Assembly (NCBI GenBank): GCA_050084985.1
Contig: JBITNC010000001.1
Location: 139,748,001 to 139,812,000, forward strand
Source: Nageia nagi
Lineage: Eukaryota > Plantae > Pinophyta
Reading direction: 5' to 3'
Length of the DNA stretch: 64,000 bases
Numbering within the stretch: the stretch's first letter is position 1; each line of letters opens with the position of its first letter. Both the position numbers and the translations under genes were made by a program. Below are positions 12,515 through 25,050 of the stretch, in pieces. The notes beneath the pieces are model-generated. The model worked only from the letters and a program-made list of their open reading frames with translations, made no database searches and was not told where the DNA came from.

Positions 12515-12710
12515 ATTTGATAGATGCTACAACTAGCTTAGATATCTTAAAGACATATTTCTAAAAATGTCGAGAGGTATCAATGTGGAGGTGCTTATCT
12601 CAATTCTTGGAAGATTGATTTCTAAGATGTAACCTTTGAGATTGATACCTCTCAACTTTTTTATATATATGCCTTTAAGTTATCTAAGTTAGTATTATAA
12701 CTATTCAAAT
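12515..12710. repeat. ~195-bp foldback (MITE-like inverted repeat)
   Basis: Left arm 'actagcttagatatcttaaagacatat...aaaaatgtcgagaggtatcaat' pairs with right arm 'attgatacctctcaacttttt...atatgcctttaagttatctaagttagt'; arms are ~70 bp. Confidence 0.8.
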
Positions 12711-13446
12711 AACTTCATAAATGTATTATTTTAAAAAATGAAAAATAAATAATTATATCACCATTCATTTAGAAGTATTAGTATCATGATCATATTATTG
12801 TTATTATGATTATATTATATAAATCCATATCTTTAATATCTTAAATTTTCTATTTAACAAAATTATTTATAAAAGTTATTAGTAAGAGAAATTCAAAATT
12901 ATCAAATAACTTTTCATATTTTATTATATAAATTTTAAAATATTTTAAAAAATACACTTATAAAAAAATATAAATTATATTATTTTAATTATTTTATACA
13001 AATTAATTTTTATCAAAGGTGACATATCCACTTAAGCATATTGACCTATTTGATCGATTACATGACGTATAGCCAATCAATATATTTTTTTATAGATTTG
13101 TCATCTAGTGTTTTTTTTTTCTTTTAAAAATATTGTTTGAGTTATTGTGAGTATAATCTACACAACCAAGGACTCTAAGGTGTTTAATGGGTGGCTTTCT
13201 TACAAACTATGCTTCAAAAGGTGTTATGTCTTTTAAGACATTGGTAGTGGATCTATTCGATAAATATATAACTATAAAACATATTTCATCCCATTAATTA
13301 TAACAATTTTTGAGAAAGTTTCTAGCATTTTTTTGGATGAAAAAGACTTTTATATTACTAAAATTTTTTTTCATACAAAAGTGGATGGGTGAAATTAAGC
13401 ACACCTCAAGGAAAACCATAACCACAAGGAGTTAAGTACAAAACCC

Positions 13447-14054
13447 GTCTCAAATCCCTCTCCTTTGCAAGCTCAGGATATTGATATGTGTGCCAATGCC
13501 AACTACAATACTTGCAATGATGGATGGAATATGGCTCTTGCTGAAGGTGATGGGTGGGAGCATATGCAATTTATTGATAACTTTCGCCTATTGTCCTCTC
13601 ATGATTGATGCAACATTTTATGTTACTGGATTTTAAGCTTTTGTGGTTGTGTTTCGTTTGGTTAATGATTGTGAATTCTAAGATTTTTGATTTATAGTTG
13701 CATCTATTCTTTTTGGCGCATTTCTCACCCTATGAGGGTTTTGTACAAGGAGTCAAGTACAAAAACTTCATATGGTGAGAAATGCACCAAAAAGAATAGA
13801 TGCAACTACCAATCAAAAATCTTAGAATTCACAATCATTAACCAAAAGAAACACAACCACAAAAGCTTAACATCGAGTAACAAAAAATGTCCCATCAATC
13901 ATGAGAGGACGATAAGCGAAAGTTATCAATAAATTGCATATGCTCCCACCCACCACCTTCAATAGGAGCCATATTCCATCCATCATTGCAAGTATTGTCG
14001 TTGGCATTGGCACACATCAATATCCCAAGCTTGTAGAGGAGAGGGATTTGAGAC
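13447..14054. repeat. Long inverted repeat: ~300-bp arms, 10-nt loop, in the LINE-B 3' region
   Basis: 13447-13746 (gtctcaaatccctctcc...ttttgtac) is the reverse complement of 13757-14054 (gtacaaaa...ggagagggatttgagac), roughly 90% identical by eye. Confidence 0.95.
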
Positions 14055-15483
14055 ATCTCCCCATCCAATAAACAATAGAACATCCCACCTGCTCTGAGAA
14101 TGAGAGGTAGAGGCCTCTCTAGGACGTATGCGCTTGGGGTTAGGTGGAGGTTGAGACTAGTGATGCGGGGAGTTTGCAGGAGTGACACCAATAGACACTC
14201 ATTGTAACGGAGCTGAGGTGCCACTACGAAATCGATAGCAAGGAGCTCCATGTGAACATGTTCGACGAGGAGGAACGTCGTTAGGCAGGACATGGCTAAG
14301 AGTGCAAGGAGCATTCCCCCAATGGTCTAGCAAATTATGAAAGTGCTGAACCTCCACATGAACTTTCTCAACCTAAACTGTAATATGCAACCAACAATCA
14401 TAGAAAATAGCATATTTATCATCCAAAGAGAAGGTGGTTGAAGCCACTTCTTGACCAAAGACAATACTATTTTGGGTTTTCCAGAGATGATAGAGAATAC
14501 TAGATTTGAAGATATGCTAGACTTCGCCTAAGGGCTCTGAAAAGAGAAGAGGATCCCTAAGAATGGCATGAACCTAAGAGCAAGGAGATAACAAAAATAG
14601 ATTTAAAAAGGAAAGAATCCACTCCCAAGCTTGCTTGGCCTTAGAATAAGACCAAAAAACATGAGGAAAGTCTTCATACTTTTGACAACAAGGACAAGTA
14701 GAATTAACCACCCCCAAATACATATGATGATGCTCAATAGGGAGACCTTGATGCAAAAGACTCTAAAGAAAGAAACTTTGTTTGGGTTCCAAATACTTAG
14801 CCCAGGCAGTAGAAAAATGCAGAGACCACCAGGACTAGGGGAAACAAGATCCCATTGAATATTTGAGCATATGACATATAGGGACATGGGGAGAAAGCCA
14901 AGAGTATCCATGGTGAGGCTTATACTTAACAAAACTCAAATGCTTGGGCCAAAACCAATTGGACCACCACTGCTTTTGAAAATGGAGACCAAGCTTCTGC
15001 TAGATCGAAAAAGGAGTTTGATCCACAACCAAATCAAAGGTAACTTTATCATCTGCTTTAAGATGAAAAGTACATCTAAAAACCTCCCATGGAAGCTAGG
15101 TATGGGTTTGGGAGTTAAAAAAATGGAGCATGGAAGAAATGCCCCTCTTGTAGAATATCAAAGAATGGACCCATTGAACTTGAGCCAGAAACAACCCTTC
15201 ATAAGTAAAAGCTTTATACCACTAGACATTGAGAGATTCCAGTGAAGCACTAACTGACTTGCTTCAAAGATGCCAATTGAGCTAAGGTTTGAGTAATTCC
15301 TAGGCTTTCCAAATACTTTTAATCACAAACGAACCTAGAATTTTGATGGCTATAAGAACAATAAGAGGGTTTGAAGGGAGAGTCCCTTCTAGGCTTTTTT
15401 GCCAGAAGGAAGCCCTTGAGCAATGCAATGGTGAACCAAAAGATTCCAAGCTTCATTCCCCTCTAAAGCCCTCAGAATCCATT

Positions 15484-15983
15484 TAGCGTACAAAGCAAAC
15501 CCTTGAGAATTACAATAAAAAAGATCCATTCCACTAGCTACCCAGGGAAGGCAATAAGTTTTCCAATCCACTTTATGAAAACCTCACTTATGAATATCAA
15601 AATACGATAGGAAATCTTGTAATAACTTGTCTAGCTTCTGGTAACAAACTTTGGATGACACCCAATAGGAAGAGTAATAAACATGAGTGGATGCAAGAAT
15701 TATGGAATAAATCTAAAATTTCCCTACTAAGGATAGCGTACAAAGCAAACCATTGAGAATTACAATAAAAAAATCCATGCCACTAGCAACCCAGGGAAGG
15801 CAACAAGTTTCCCAAGCCACTTTATGAAAACCTCGCTTACGAATATCAAAGATCATAGGAAATCTTGTATAAGTTGTCCAACTTTTGATAATAATCTTTG
15901 GATGACACCTAACAGGAAGAGTAATAAACATGAGTGGATGCAAGAATTTTGGAACAAATATGAAATTCCCTACTAAGGATAAC
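15484..15983. repeat. 250-bp tandem duplication within LINE-B ORF2
   Basis: 'tagcgtacaaagcaaacc...tccctactaaggata' starts at 15484 and again at 15734; the peptide CLPWVASGMD appears twice in the ORF track. Confidence 0.9.
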
Positions 15984-16866
15984 TTCTTGGTAAGCCAGTA
16001 ACTCAACTTTTTCCCTACCTTTTGGACCACAAAATTCCATAGTTGTGTAGGGAGGGCCTAAAAGGCAAAGGGAATTCTAAGAAATTTGAACATTTCACCA
16101 TTCTGAATCCATTTCTAGGGTAATTGAGCAAGCTAATTTGGCATGGGATGTAGGATTGCCTGTAACAAGAGGTTTTTTGCCATAGCATGTTAGAACCAAA
16201 GGCAAGATAAAAGGTGTCCAAACATTTTAAAGTAGTCTTAATAGATTGCTCATCCTCATGCAAGGTAAGAAATGAATCATCGATAAAATGAATATTCAAG
16301 AGATGAACTTGCGAATTGGGAAGGGAGATACCTCAAATAAGACCTTGACCAACATGATGGGCTAAGAGGTAGCTAAAAGTTATCGCAACAAAAATGAATA
16401 AGGAAGGAGCAAGATGACAACCTTGGTGAAGGGTGATACTATCCGATTGAGAACCATTCATAGTAAGCACAATAGAGGCATCCCTGAAGAGCATCCTAAC
16501 AGAGGAGATAAAGATAGGGCCAAAGCCTAGAGCTATAAGCATGGTAGTGATAAAATACCATTCAATCCTATCATAGGCCTTTTCAAAGTCAATCTTAATA
16601 AAAAGAGCCTCCTAGTCTAAAGAATGAGCTGATTCCATACCTTCCCAAACAACAATGATATTATTTAAAATATGTTGATCTTTAACAAATCCTATTTGCT
16701 CAAGATGAACAATATGAAGGAGAAGAGGCCGAAGCTTAAGGGTTAATGCTTTAGCAATAATTTTGTAGCTAACATTCAACAAGGTGATTGGTTGCCAATT
16801 AGTAATGCATACTGGATCACCAAGCTTGGGAATGAACTTGATATTTTCTTTATTGAGCATAGGGCT

Positions 16867-18269
16867 TGAAAGGAAATAGGAAAAACTTGTTTATGATACA
16901 ATGAGAGATGCCTATAAATAGGCATTTACAAGAACGAATACCATGGTTTGAGCACATGGTATTGTGCACATGGTTTTACAAAATAACAGTAAACATTAAA
17001 TGATCGTAAACATTCAATGATCATAAATATTAAATAACTAAAAATATTAAATGATAACTAACTTAGGGACTCTAAAGTTAGATACCCTAACCTAGCAAGC
17101 TTAACTAACTCTAACACCCCCCTTTAAGCGAGGCTAAGAGGTAGTAGACATAAGCAAACTAGTACAATATGGGTCCCGATGAAAGCACAATCTCGAAAAA
17201 CATGACTGTTACACAAGCTGCCCCAATTAAATTGAAAGCTGAATCATCAAACAATCGTAACTTCCTCAAACAAGCTCGGATTCCATTAGACAGCAAAGAG
17301 GCATGCACAGTCAGCAAGGAAACTTCAATTAGCAAAGGTGGCACGGGCTGAGGAAGGCTCGGAATTCACCAGCAAACCCGTCCATTCTCAGATCCGCAAG
17401 GAGGAGGGATGACAGCTGAAACGTACGCTATGGGAGGAGTGGCACAGGCAGATTAGCCATTCTCAAAATGCAGCAATAGGAGAGGGATGACATCGTGAGG
17501 GCTCCAAAATGCTGGCAAGAATGGCACAACAGAGATCAGCTAGGGGTCGAAAACAACACACGCCAGCCACCAATATTCGCCATCGCCAATTTTGATTCCC
17601 ATGAATTAAAATTCATGGCCTTGTTGCAAAGGAATAGGATCAAAAGATCACCAATATCCACCACCGTCAATTTGATTCCCATGAGTTAAAAACTCATGGC
17701 CTTGTTGCAAAGGAATAGAACCAAAAAGATCACCAATCGGGAATGGCACAACAAAGATCAACGAGGGGCCAAGGTAGAGGGTGATTAGGCCTCCCACAAA
17801 TCCATCACTCTTTCTCCTTCACAAAATTCATGAACAACCACCAAACTACGTAGATTTCCTCTCCACAAAGAGCACAAACACAGGTCATCTACCATGAAAA
17901 TGGAATGTAGCAAGAAATGGAGGTGAGGGGGGGATTAGCTCAAGGAGGCTAATCCCCCTTCACAAATTTGCTAAGCAAACCTAGAGGGCAGGTTCAGAGA
18001 TCGGATCGCTCTGATAGCATGAAAGGAAATAGGAAAAACTTGTTTATGATGCAATGAGAGATGCCTATAAATAGGCATTTACAAGAACGAATACCATGGT
18101 TTGAGCACATGGTATTGTGCACATGGTTTTACAAAATAACGTTAAACATTAAATGATCGTAAACATTCAATGATCATAAATATTAAATAACTAAAAATAT
18201 TAAATGATAACTAACTTAGGGACTCTAAAGTTAGATACCCTAACCTAGCAAGCTTAACTAACTCTAACA
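16867..18269 (-). mobile_element. Non-autonomous small LTR retrotransposon (TRIM-like), 1403 bp, inserted in LINE-B ORF2
   Basis: 250-bp LTRs at 16867-17116 and 18020-18269, TG...CA, 3 differences. PBS tgctatcagagc (tRNA-iMet, 1 mismatch) at 18008-18019. PPT (cccccctttaa on +) at 17117. TSD gggct/gggcc. No gag/pol motifs. The LINE reading GSLGP|MLNKENIK is restored on removal. Confidence 0.93.
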
Positions 18270-21200
18270 GGGCCCAAGGAACCGATTGAAAGAGAAGGTT
18301 TGGCCCTAGCATGTCCCAAAATTCTTTATAAAATTCACTAGGGAAGCCATCACTACCAGGGGCCTTATCATTGGCCATCTGAAAAAGAGCTGTCTTCTAA
18401 TCTTCTAAAGTAAGAGGTGTGTCACAAAAATCCATTTGGGGTTGTGATAGCTTATGGGGTATGACAACAAAACAATACTCCAAAGCTTGCTAACAAACAG
18501 AAGAAAGAGATTGAGAAGCAAAAACCTTATGATAAGGAGCGACAAATGTAGAAATGATCTCAAGAAGGGAGGTAAGGTAAACACCATCAAATTGAATAGT
18601 AGTGAATTGAGACATATGAATAGGAGGATGAAGATGTCTAAATAATTCTTTAGAGACTTTATCCCCAACCTTAATCCAATCGATATAGGCCCAAAGCTAA
18701 GCTCCTTTAGCCTCATCAAGGTCAGATTTTTAAATTTCATGCCAAAGGGTTGCAACATAAGCTTGAGAAAGGCCAGAGAAGGAATTTGGCTTCAAGGTTT
18801 CAAGTGGCCTAAGCAAGCTCAACTTTAAGAGTTTGATTAGATTTCCTTCTCCATTTGGCAAACCAACCCTAAGAGTATGTAGAACCTTAGTAGAGTAGAT
18901 GATAGAATTATTCCACCACTGAATCCAACCATAGGACCCAGAAGGTCTTGGAATGAGATTCTAAATATGGCTGATATGAGCTCTCATAGAGTGCAACTAC
19001 AAATAGGAGGTATTGAAGTAAAATTGAGAGCTAAAAACATGAACATGAGTTTGATTGAAGGAAATACTAAAAAGAGTAGGTGCATGATAAGATAGGGTAG
19101 TACCAAGGACCACAAAAACTAAGGGGAGAGCAAGGGAAGTCATTGAAAGTGAAAAAATTACCTTGGAGAGCATTACCCTATCAAGCCTTTTGAGAAAATG
19201 GGTAGATTCAATTTGAAAGTTAGACGAGGTAAACCAATGCACTTCGATAAAATCAGAAGGAGAGAAACTAACATTGGGATCAAACAGATTAAGTTTATTT
19301 TTCACAAAGAACCACCCCCAAATTCCATCTCATGGGGTTTTAACTTTTCTTATCAAAGGGTTTTTCCACCATATTAAAATCACCACAGAGGACCCACATG
19401 GAAAAGGGAATAGAGATGGCAAGCCAACACCATAAGTCTCTTCTTTCATGAGCATCATTAGAAGCATACATATTGGTAATACCAAATGGATTCCTTGAGA
19501 TTTCAAGCAAAACCTAGACAACTTGTTGAGAGGGGTCAGTCCCCTAAAAAACCACATTCGATTTCCACCTAGAAGAGATGAAAGTGATAGCACCACCTTT
19601 CCTAATCGAATGATTGGTATGAAAAAGGTCCCCATGACTAGAGAAAGGAATATGTACACTGTAGAATAAAATCAGTAATTTTAACTTCTTACAAATAGAC
19701 AAAGTCCAACATTCCATAAGAGTGAGTGATATCATCAAGCTCATCTTGGATTGTGTACTTACAGGTTGGGTCCATCAACCCTCTTATATTCCAAGAGGAA
19801 AAAATCATTGAGAATTGTTATGGGTGAGAAGCTGCATGGCATCCTCTAAATCCCCCAGAGCATGTAAGGATTCATAAGAGTTGCATGTACCTTGTTGGAT
19901 GACCACCTAGCAGTATTTTTCAAGAGGTCTAAAGTGAACATCTCTTTGCAAGCTACATGAAAGATGAAGCTTGCTTCTTGAGCTATTCTCCACCCTAGAG
20001 AGTGAAGGAAGCATAGCCATAATGGATGTAAATGAGGGGCCAAACCAAATAAAGTTGAGTAGAGGGTTTAAGGTAGATGGTGGGATAGATAAGGAGGCTA
20101 AGTGGTCTACTAGAGGTGTTGGAGCAATATTTCCCACTTTCGATGGGTGCATATCCATGATAACTAGAGCCATGGAATTATAAGCTATCAACGAAGGCAC
20201 ATAAACTGACTCTTATGGGACATAATGATGGTTACGGTGTTTGTTAACAGTGATCTATTCATCCTCTCAATATTTGTTAGAAGATGGTGGGTGGGAAAAT
20301 GATGGTGGGGGAGCAATAGGTCTATCTTTGAATCTACCCACCATCAATGGGTAGTCACGAATCTTATAGTCTGGTGATTGGTAGTAATAGCAAGTGTTAG
20401 GGAGGCCAATGAACTCCACCCTTTGACATAAACCCTCCTCATCAATGTTAATGTCAACAAAATTAGGAAGGTCTCAAGTCAGGTCCACCTTGACATAAAC
20501 TCATGATGAGGGTTGAGCTGAGAAAAATCTCTCTAGTTCAAAACACACAAATTGACCAATGGAATCACCTAAGGACTTCAAAAACCTCTAAAGGGGAATG
20601 GGAAGACCAAAAAATTCCACCCAAATAGGGACATCCATGACACCTTCATCAACAACATTAAAACCAAGTGTATAGGGTTGAAGGACTAGGAGAGAGTTAC
20701 AAACTATCCAAGGGCCCTTGTTAAGAACTTTTTGGGCATGCAAGGGGTTAGAGACTTGAATCAAGAAACAATTCTTAGTGAGGTTTTTCATGTTTTCAAC
20801 TTTAACACCATAGGGACTCCACACTTGACTTACCCAGGTACGTAAAAGGGTATCATTAGGAATACAACCAAGGAAATAACCCACAAGGGTGTGTGACTCA
20901 AACCAATGAACAAAAATCTTCTACAAGAATAAAAACTTGAGGGATAGTAGCATTACCTTGTGCTTGAATTTTGATAAAAACTTACGAGGGTGCTTATTGG
21001 GTGCCATCTTCCACTCCAGCGACTTCATGTAATGATAAAGTGCCATTATGAGTGGTGGCCATACTTGAAGGACAATGCATCGCTTAAGGTAATGTAAATG
21101 CACAAACTTGTCAAGATGGAACAATCCTATAAAAAATCTAAATATTAATGCGTTATGACAAGGGAGATGAGAAAACCTTAACAAACTTACATGCATGCAG

Positions 21201-21299
21201 AGGACAACCAACTATTTCTATCAATATTAGCTATCAACATGTTCTTCCTTCTAGCTACAATATTTTGTTGGGGAGAACATGGACAAGTGTATTGTTAAT

Positions 21300-22960
21300 G
21301 AATTCCTATTACATGATAATATAAATTAAACTCATTTGTTACATATTCTCATGTATTATTAGTTTTTAAAACCATCATGGAGAAGGATGACTAATTTTAT
21401 ACTAACGCTTTAAAATTTTTGAAGAAATTAGAAGTTTCTAATTTATTTTTCATAAAGTATATCCAATTGAATCTTAAAAAATCATCAATAAAAATTAATG
21501 TGTACAAGTAACCACTAAAATATTTAACTTGAAAAGAACGCATTAAATCTAAATGAACTATCTCTAGCTTACTTGATGCTTTAAAGTTTGCATCACTAAA
21601 CTTAGTTTGAGCTTTCTTAGAAAGTATATAGTTTTCACATATATCCCCATAAACATTGATTTTGGTAGTCCTATTAACATATTTTTGTTGAACATGCCTT
21701 CCATACTTCTATAGTTTATATGGCCTAATCTATGGTTCCATAATATTGACATATCATCATCAAACATTGTTGAAAAATTCTTAACTAAAATTATAGATGA
21801 AGTGTATACATACAAATTATTAACGAGTTCACCTTGTCCAATAATTTATCTTAGCTTATTTCTTATATACACATGCTATCACAAAGATCTAATCTTCTAC
21901 CTTAAGAAGTTATTTGACTTATAGAAAGTAAGTTTGTGGCTAATTATGGAATATAAATAACATCATTATAGATTTCATTTCTAATTTTTATATCTCTTAT
22001 GCCTTAAACTTGAATTTCAGAATTATCTCTTATGATGATAATCTAACTTTAAAGTATGCAGTACTTTTATTTTTTCTATTTTGATTTGAAAAACCTTTAT
22101 TTGAATTTCTTTTTCTATTTCTAAATGATGTTTTTGTATTTTTTAAATTAAATTTCCTTTTAAAATAAATAAATTCTTTGTTCCCAAATATTCCATAAAA
22201 TAACAATTAACATTAAATTTGATATTGCTATTTCTACTTTTCCTTTGATTATTGAGCCTAGTTTCAAAACTAGAACTTTTTCCTTTACTTATAGTATTTT
22301 GAGAAATTTTTCACTTTCCATTTCTAGAATTTTTATTAATATTAAAGGTAATAGGATTTTTTTAATCCTTACATTCACTTAACTTAAATTGCGATGTTGA
22401 TCCTTGATGGAGATTGATAATCTCTTCATATTATAGTATAATTATTGAAAGCTCAAATAGTTATGAGAAGAATGTTCTTTTGATCAAAGCGAGTGTTCAA
22501 AACTAATATAAAATCCTAAACTTAAATCTAATAGGTTTCTCAAGTTAACAAAACATAACAATTTCACATTTATCCATTCACATCCACATATTAGGATTTG
22601 TTTTTTTGTTTTTTCATTTTTGTAAGATATATAATGACTAATTTATCCATTTGCATTTGTGCGTTGAATAATTTTACTAGGAGAGAGACTTTACATCTCA
22701 TACTTGATCTTATTGTTTTAATACTACTCCAAGATTTTGGAGCTAAAAAGAAGTTTGAAACATGAATAAATATGTCAACATTAACAACTCTAAAGAGCAT
22801 TGAAAAAACTTGTTCTTTTTTGGTGTTCCAAATTACTCAAATGTTTTGAGGTGGTTGCTCTTCATTATTTACTATCTTCCATAATTACCTAGCTTGAAAT
22901 TCAACTCTCATTCTAGGTTCTCATATTCCATGGTTTCTTCCTTCAAGTGTTTATTTAAGA
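21300..22960 (-). mobile_element. Highly degraded Copia fragment (gag to GAG-pre-integrase/integrase start)
   Basis: LWNHRLGHINYRSM...LIGLPK GAG-pre-integrase motif at 21564-21815, plus gag-like 'KSWSSIKTIRSS'. No LTRs recognised. Confidence 0.65.
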
Positions 22961-23177
22961 TTGAATTTTGTTATATCAATTATTATCAAACCCTATTGGT
23001 CTTCCTACATGTTGCTACTTTAAATTTAAAATAGAATGGTAGGTTCCTAGCCCACTAACTAACAGGGTGGATGTGTGTCTAAGAAGGCCCTAGTATTTAA
23101 CTATTTCATTTGTCAATTAAATTGAATGGAATCAATACTTTAATTAGTTTAAATTAATTGATTAATAAATCAATTTG

Positions 23178-23180
<3 letters not shown>

Positions 23181-23214
<34 letters not shown>
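23181..23214. repeat. (CA)17 microsatellite
   Basis: Direct reading. Confidence 0.97.
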
Positions 23215-23216
<2 letters not shown>

Positions 23217-23399
23217 AATAATAATAAGTTTTTATTTTTAGAAAGGATTAAACTACATATGTTTTTTTATTAATGGGTTAATTTTATATTAATAAAAAAA
23301 GCGTGAAGTTTATATGGATCTTCACAAATCTTTACAACTAAAAAATCTATATGCACTGGAGTTTCATATTATGCATACTTGCTGCATTCTATCCTCAAT

Positions 23400-25050
23400 C
23401 AAACATTTGTGGAGTAACTACATCCAACTGCCCTTCTAAAACATTTAATACATCCCATTTGAGAATATTACCAAAATTGAAGTTATTACACAATTCATCT
23501 TTAATACCTAACTCACCAATTTAGCATTTAAAAAGTGAGTACCATGATTCAAAATTAAAATAGATTGGCTGCCCAATATCAACTTATCCATTTGAAATCA
23601 AATTCAAATTATGTAGGACCATCCATTTCAAAATTTAAAAATGCAACCTTCCCTAGGGAACCCATAAAGGTCTCCTACCTATGTTCTTGAGACATGAGCC
23701 ATGTTGGTGGTATTGAGTGTTGTATGTCCCCTCATTCAGTGTAGTTCCTCTTATCTCCCATTGCCTTCTGTTGGGGCTTCTTTCTATTGTATGAATGGTG
23801 TTCTCTTGGTGTCTTACCTTCCACCTCTAATAATCCATGAAAGGAATTTCTACAATTTAAGCTCCTAAGATAGTAACATCTATCCTCTTGTTCATCTAAT
23901 GTGCTTTGATTTGCTAGTCCTTCATAGTTTGTCTGAAGATTCCCACTTGTATTTTTGTCATTTCAAAGACTATTTTGACAATATTCCTTTGAAACAACTT
24001 GCTCATGAGATTGGGATTTATCCTCTACCTTCCTCCTAAGTCCTTTTTTCATTAATCTTCCACTCTTCTATTTGTTGTTGTGATAACTCCTTTGGTGATT
24101 CATTTATTGTTTACATCTATGGATAATATTTTCTCATGTACCCCTATTTCTGACAGTTGAAGCATCTTAGAGAGTAGCTCTTATACTCAATATCATGCAC
24201 AAGATTTCTCCATGCTAAAGACAAAGTGATGGAATTTGGGCATGAATTAGAATTTTCCACCTAATAAAAAATATGGATTTTTCTAAATTATGGAGATACT
24301 TCACATTATCCTTTGTGTAATCATCTAGGAATTAAAACCTCCCAATAGCATTTCCTATTTTGATAATTGTTGTTTTCCTCTAGAATTTGATAGGGAGTGT
24401 ATGTAAATTGATCCATACTGGGTACCCCATCACTTTGTTAGTATGAGGATCAAAATCTATTAACCATCTTCTCATATAGATCCATATTTGACCAAAAAGC
24501 TAGCTATATCTATGCTTTAAAATCCAATTATAGTTTTCCAAATCCTTAAATCTAAATATTAAAAAATTACATGGGAGTAACAAGATTTTAAAAGTTTCAT
24601 CACATTGAAATTTTTCCTCATCGTATCTCATAAGATCCTCAAAATAGGGGTATTTACCTCTAATCTTACATATAATCATACAAGTTTGGAGTTCCTCCAT
24701 GTTTAAAGCTAGATCAATATCTTCAAGGCTAATTGTTAGTTGTAGTCCCTCCGATTTACTTTTTCCATCTCCTTCCTTGTTCCCTATGATTTCAAGCACT
24801 TTATATTCTTCTTGATGATGGGACCTTGTATGTCCATAGTTGTCCTTCCCTCTCACATATTTTTTCCCCTCATATGACTCTCATCTAAATTACCTTCCCT
24901 TTCATCTCTCCTCAATTATTCCTTCACTTTCCTTTTCAATTTTAAACATTTTGGGGGACCCTTTCTTACTCTCTTCAAACACCTTCTTACCTCTCTTTCT
25001 AGATTCTCTCAGGATGCTCTCTATGATGCTCAGTATAGTCATAAGTTTCT
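23400..25050 (-). mobile_element. Degraded LINE (different family): ORF1 and start of ORF2
   Basis: DUF4283-like 'IICKIRGKYP...FLIFRFKDLENYNWIL', then 'PVWINLHTLP...IGNAIGRF', and an 'SWIIRG' endonuclease start near 23840. Confidence 0.6.

Larger units (their letters stand above)
13328..21250 (-). mobile_element. LINE-B: near full-length degenerate L1-clade LINE, same family as LINE-A
   Basis: ORF1 remnant with a DUF4283-like 'VLNKGPW...VPIWVEFFGLP' segment and decayed zinc knuckle (~20350-20900). ORF2 starts MIFSSWNIRGL at 19808, followed by APE, RT (NWQPITLLNVSYKIIAK, IDFEKAYD, QGCHLAPSLF, FIDD) and zf-RVT (CPCCQKYEDFPHVFW). Poly-A appears as a T-tract at 13328-13334. The 5' boundary is approximate. 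Confidence 0.9.

Noticed and set aside
16867-17116. Cassandra-type TRIM
   Set aside because: No 5S rRNA-like A/C boxes are visible in the AT-rich LTR.
21245-21260. 'ttctagc' as a TSD for LINE-B (also at ~13320)
   Set aside because: Too short to be significant; the 5' end remains undefined.
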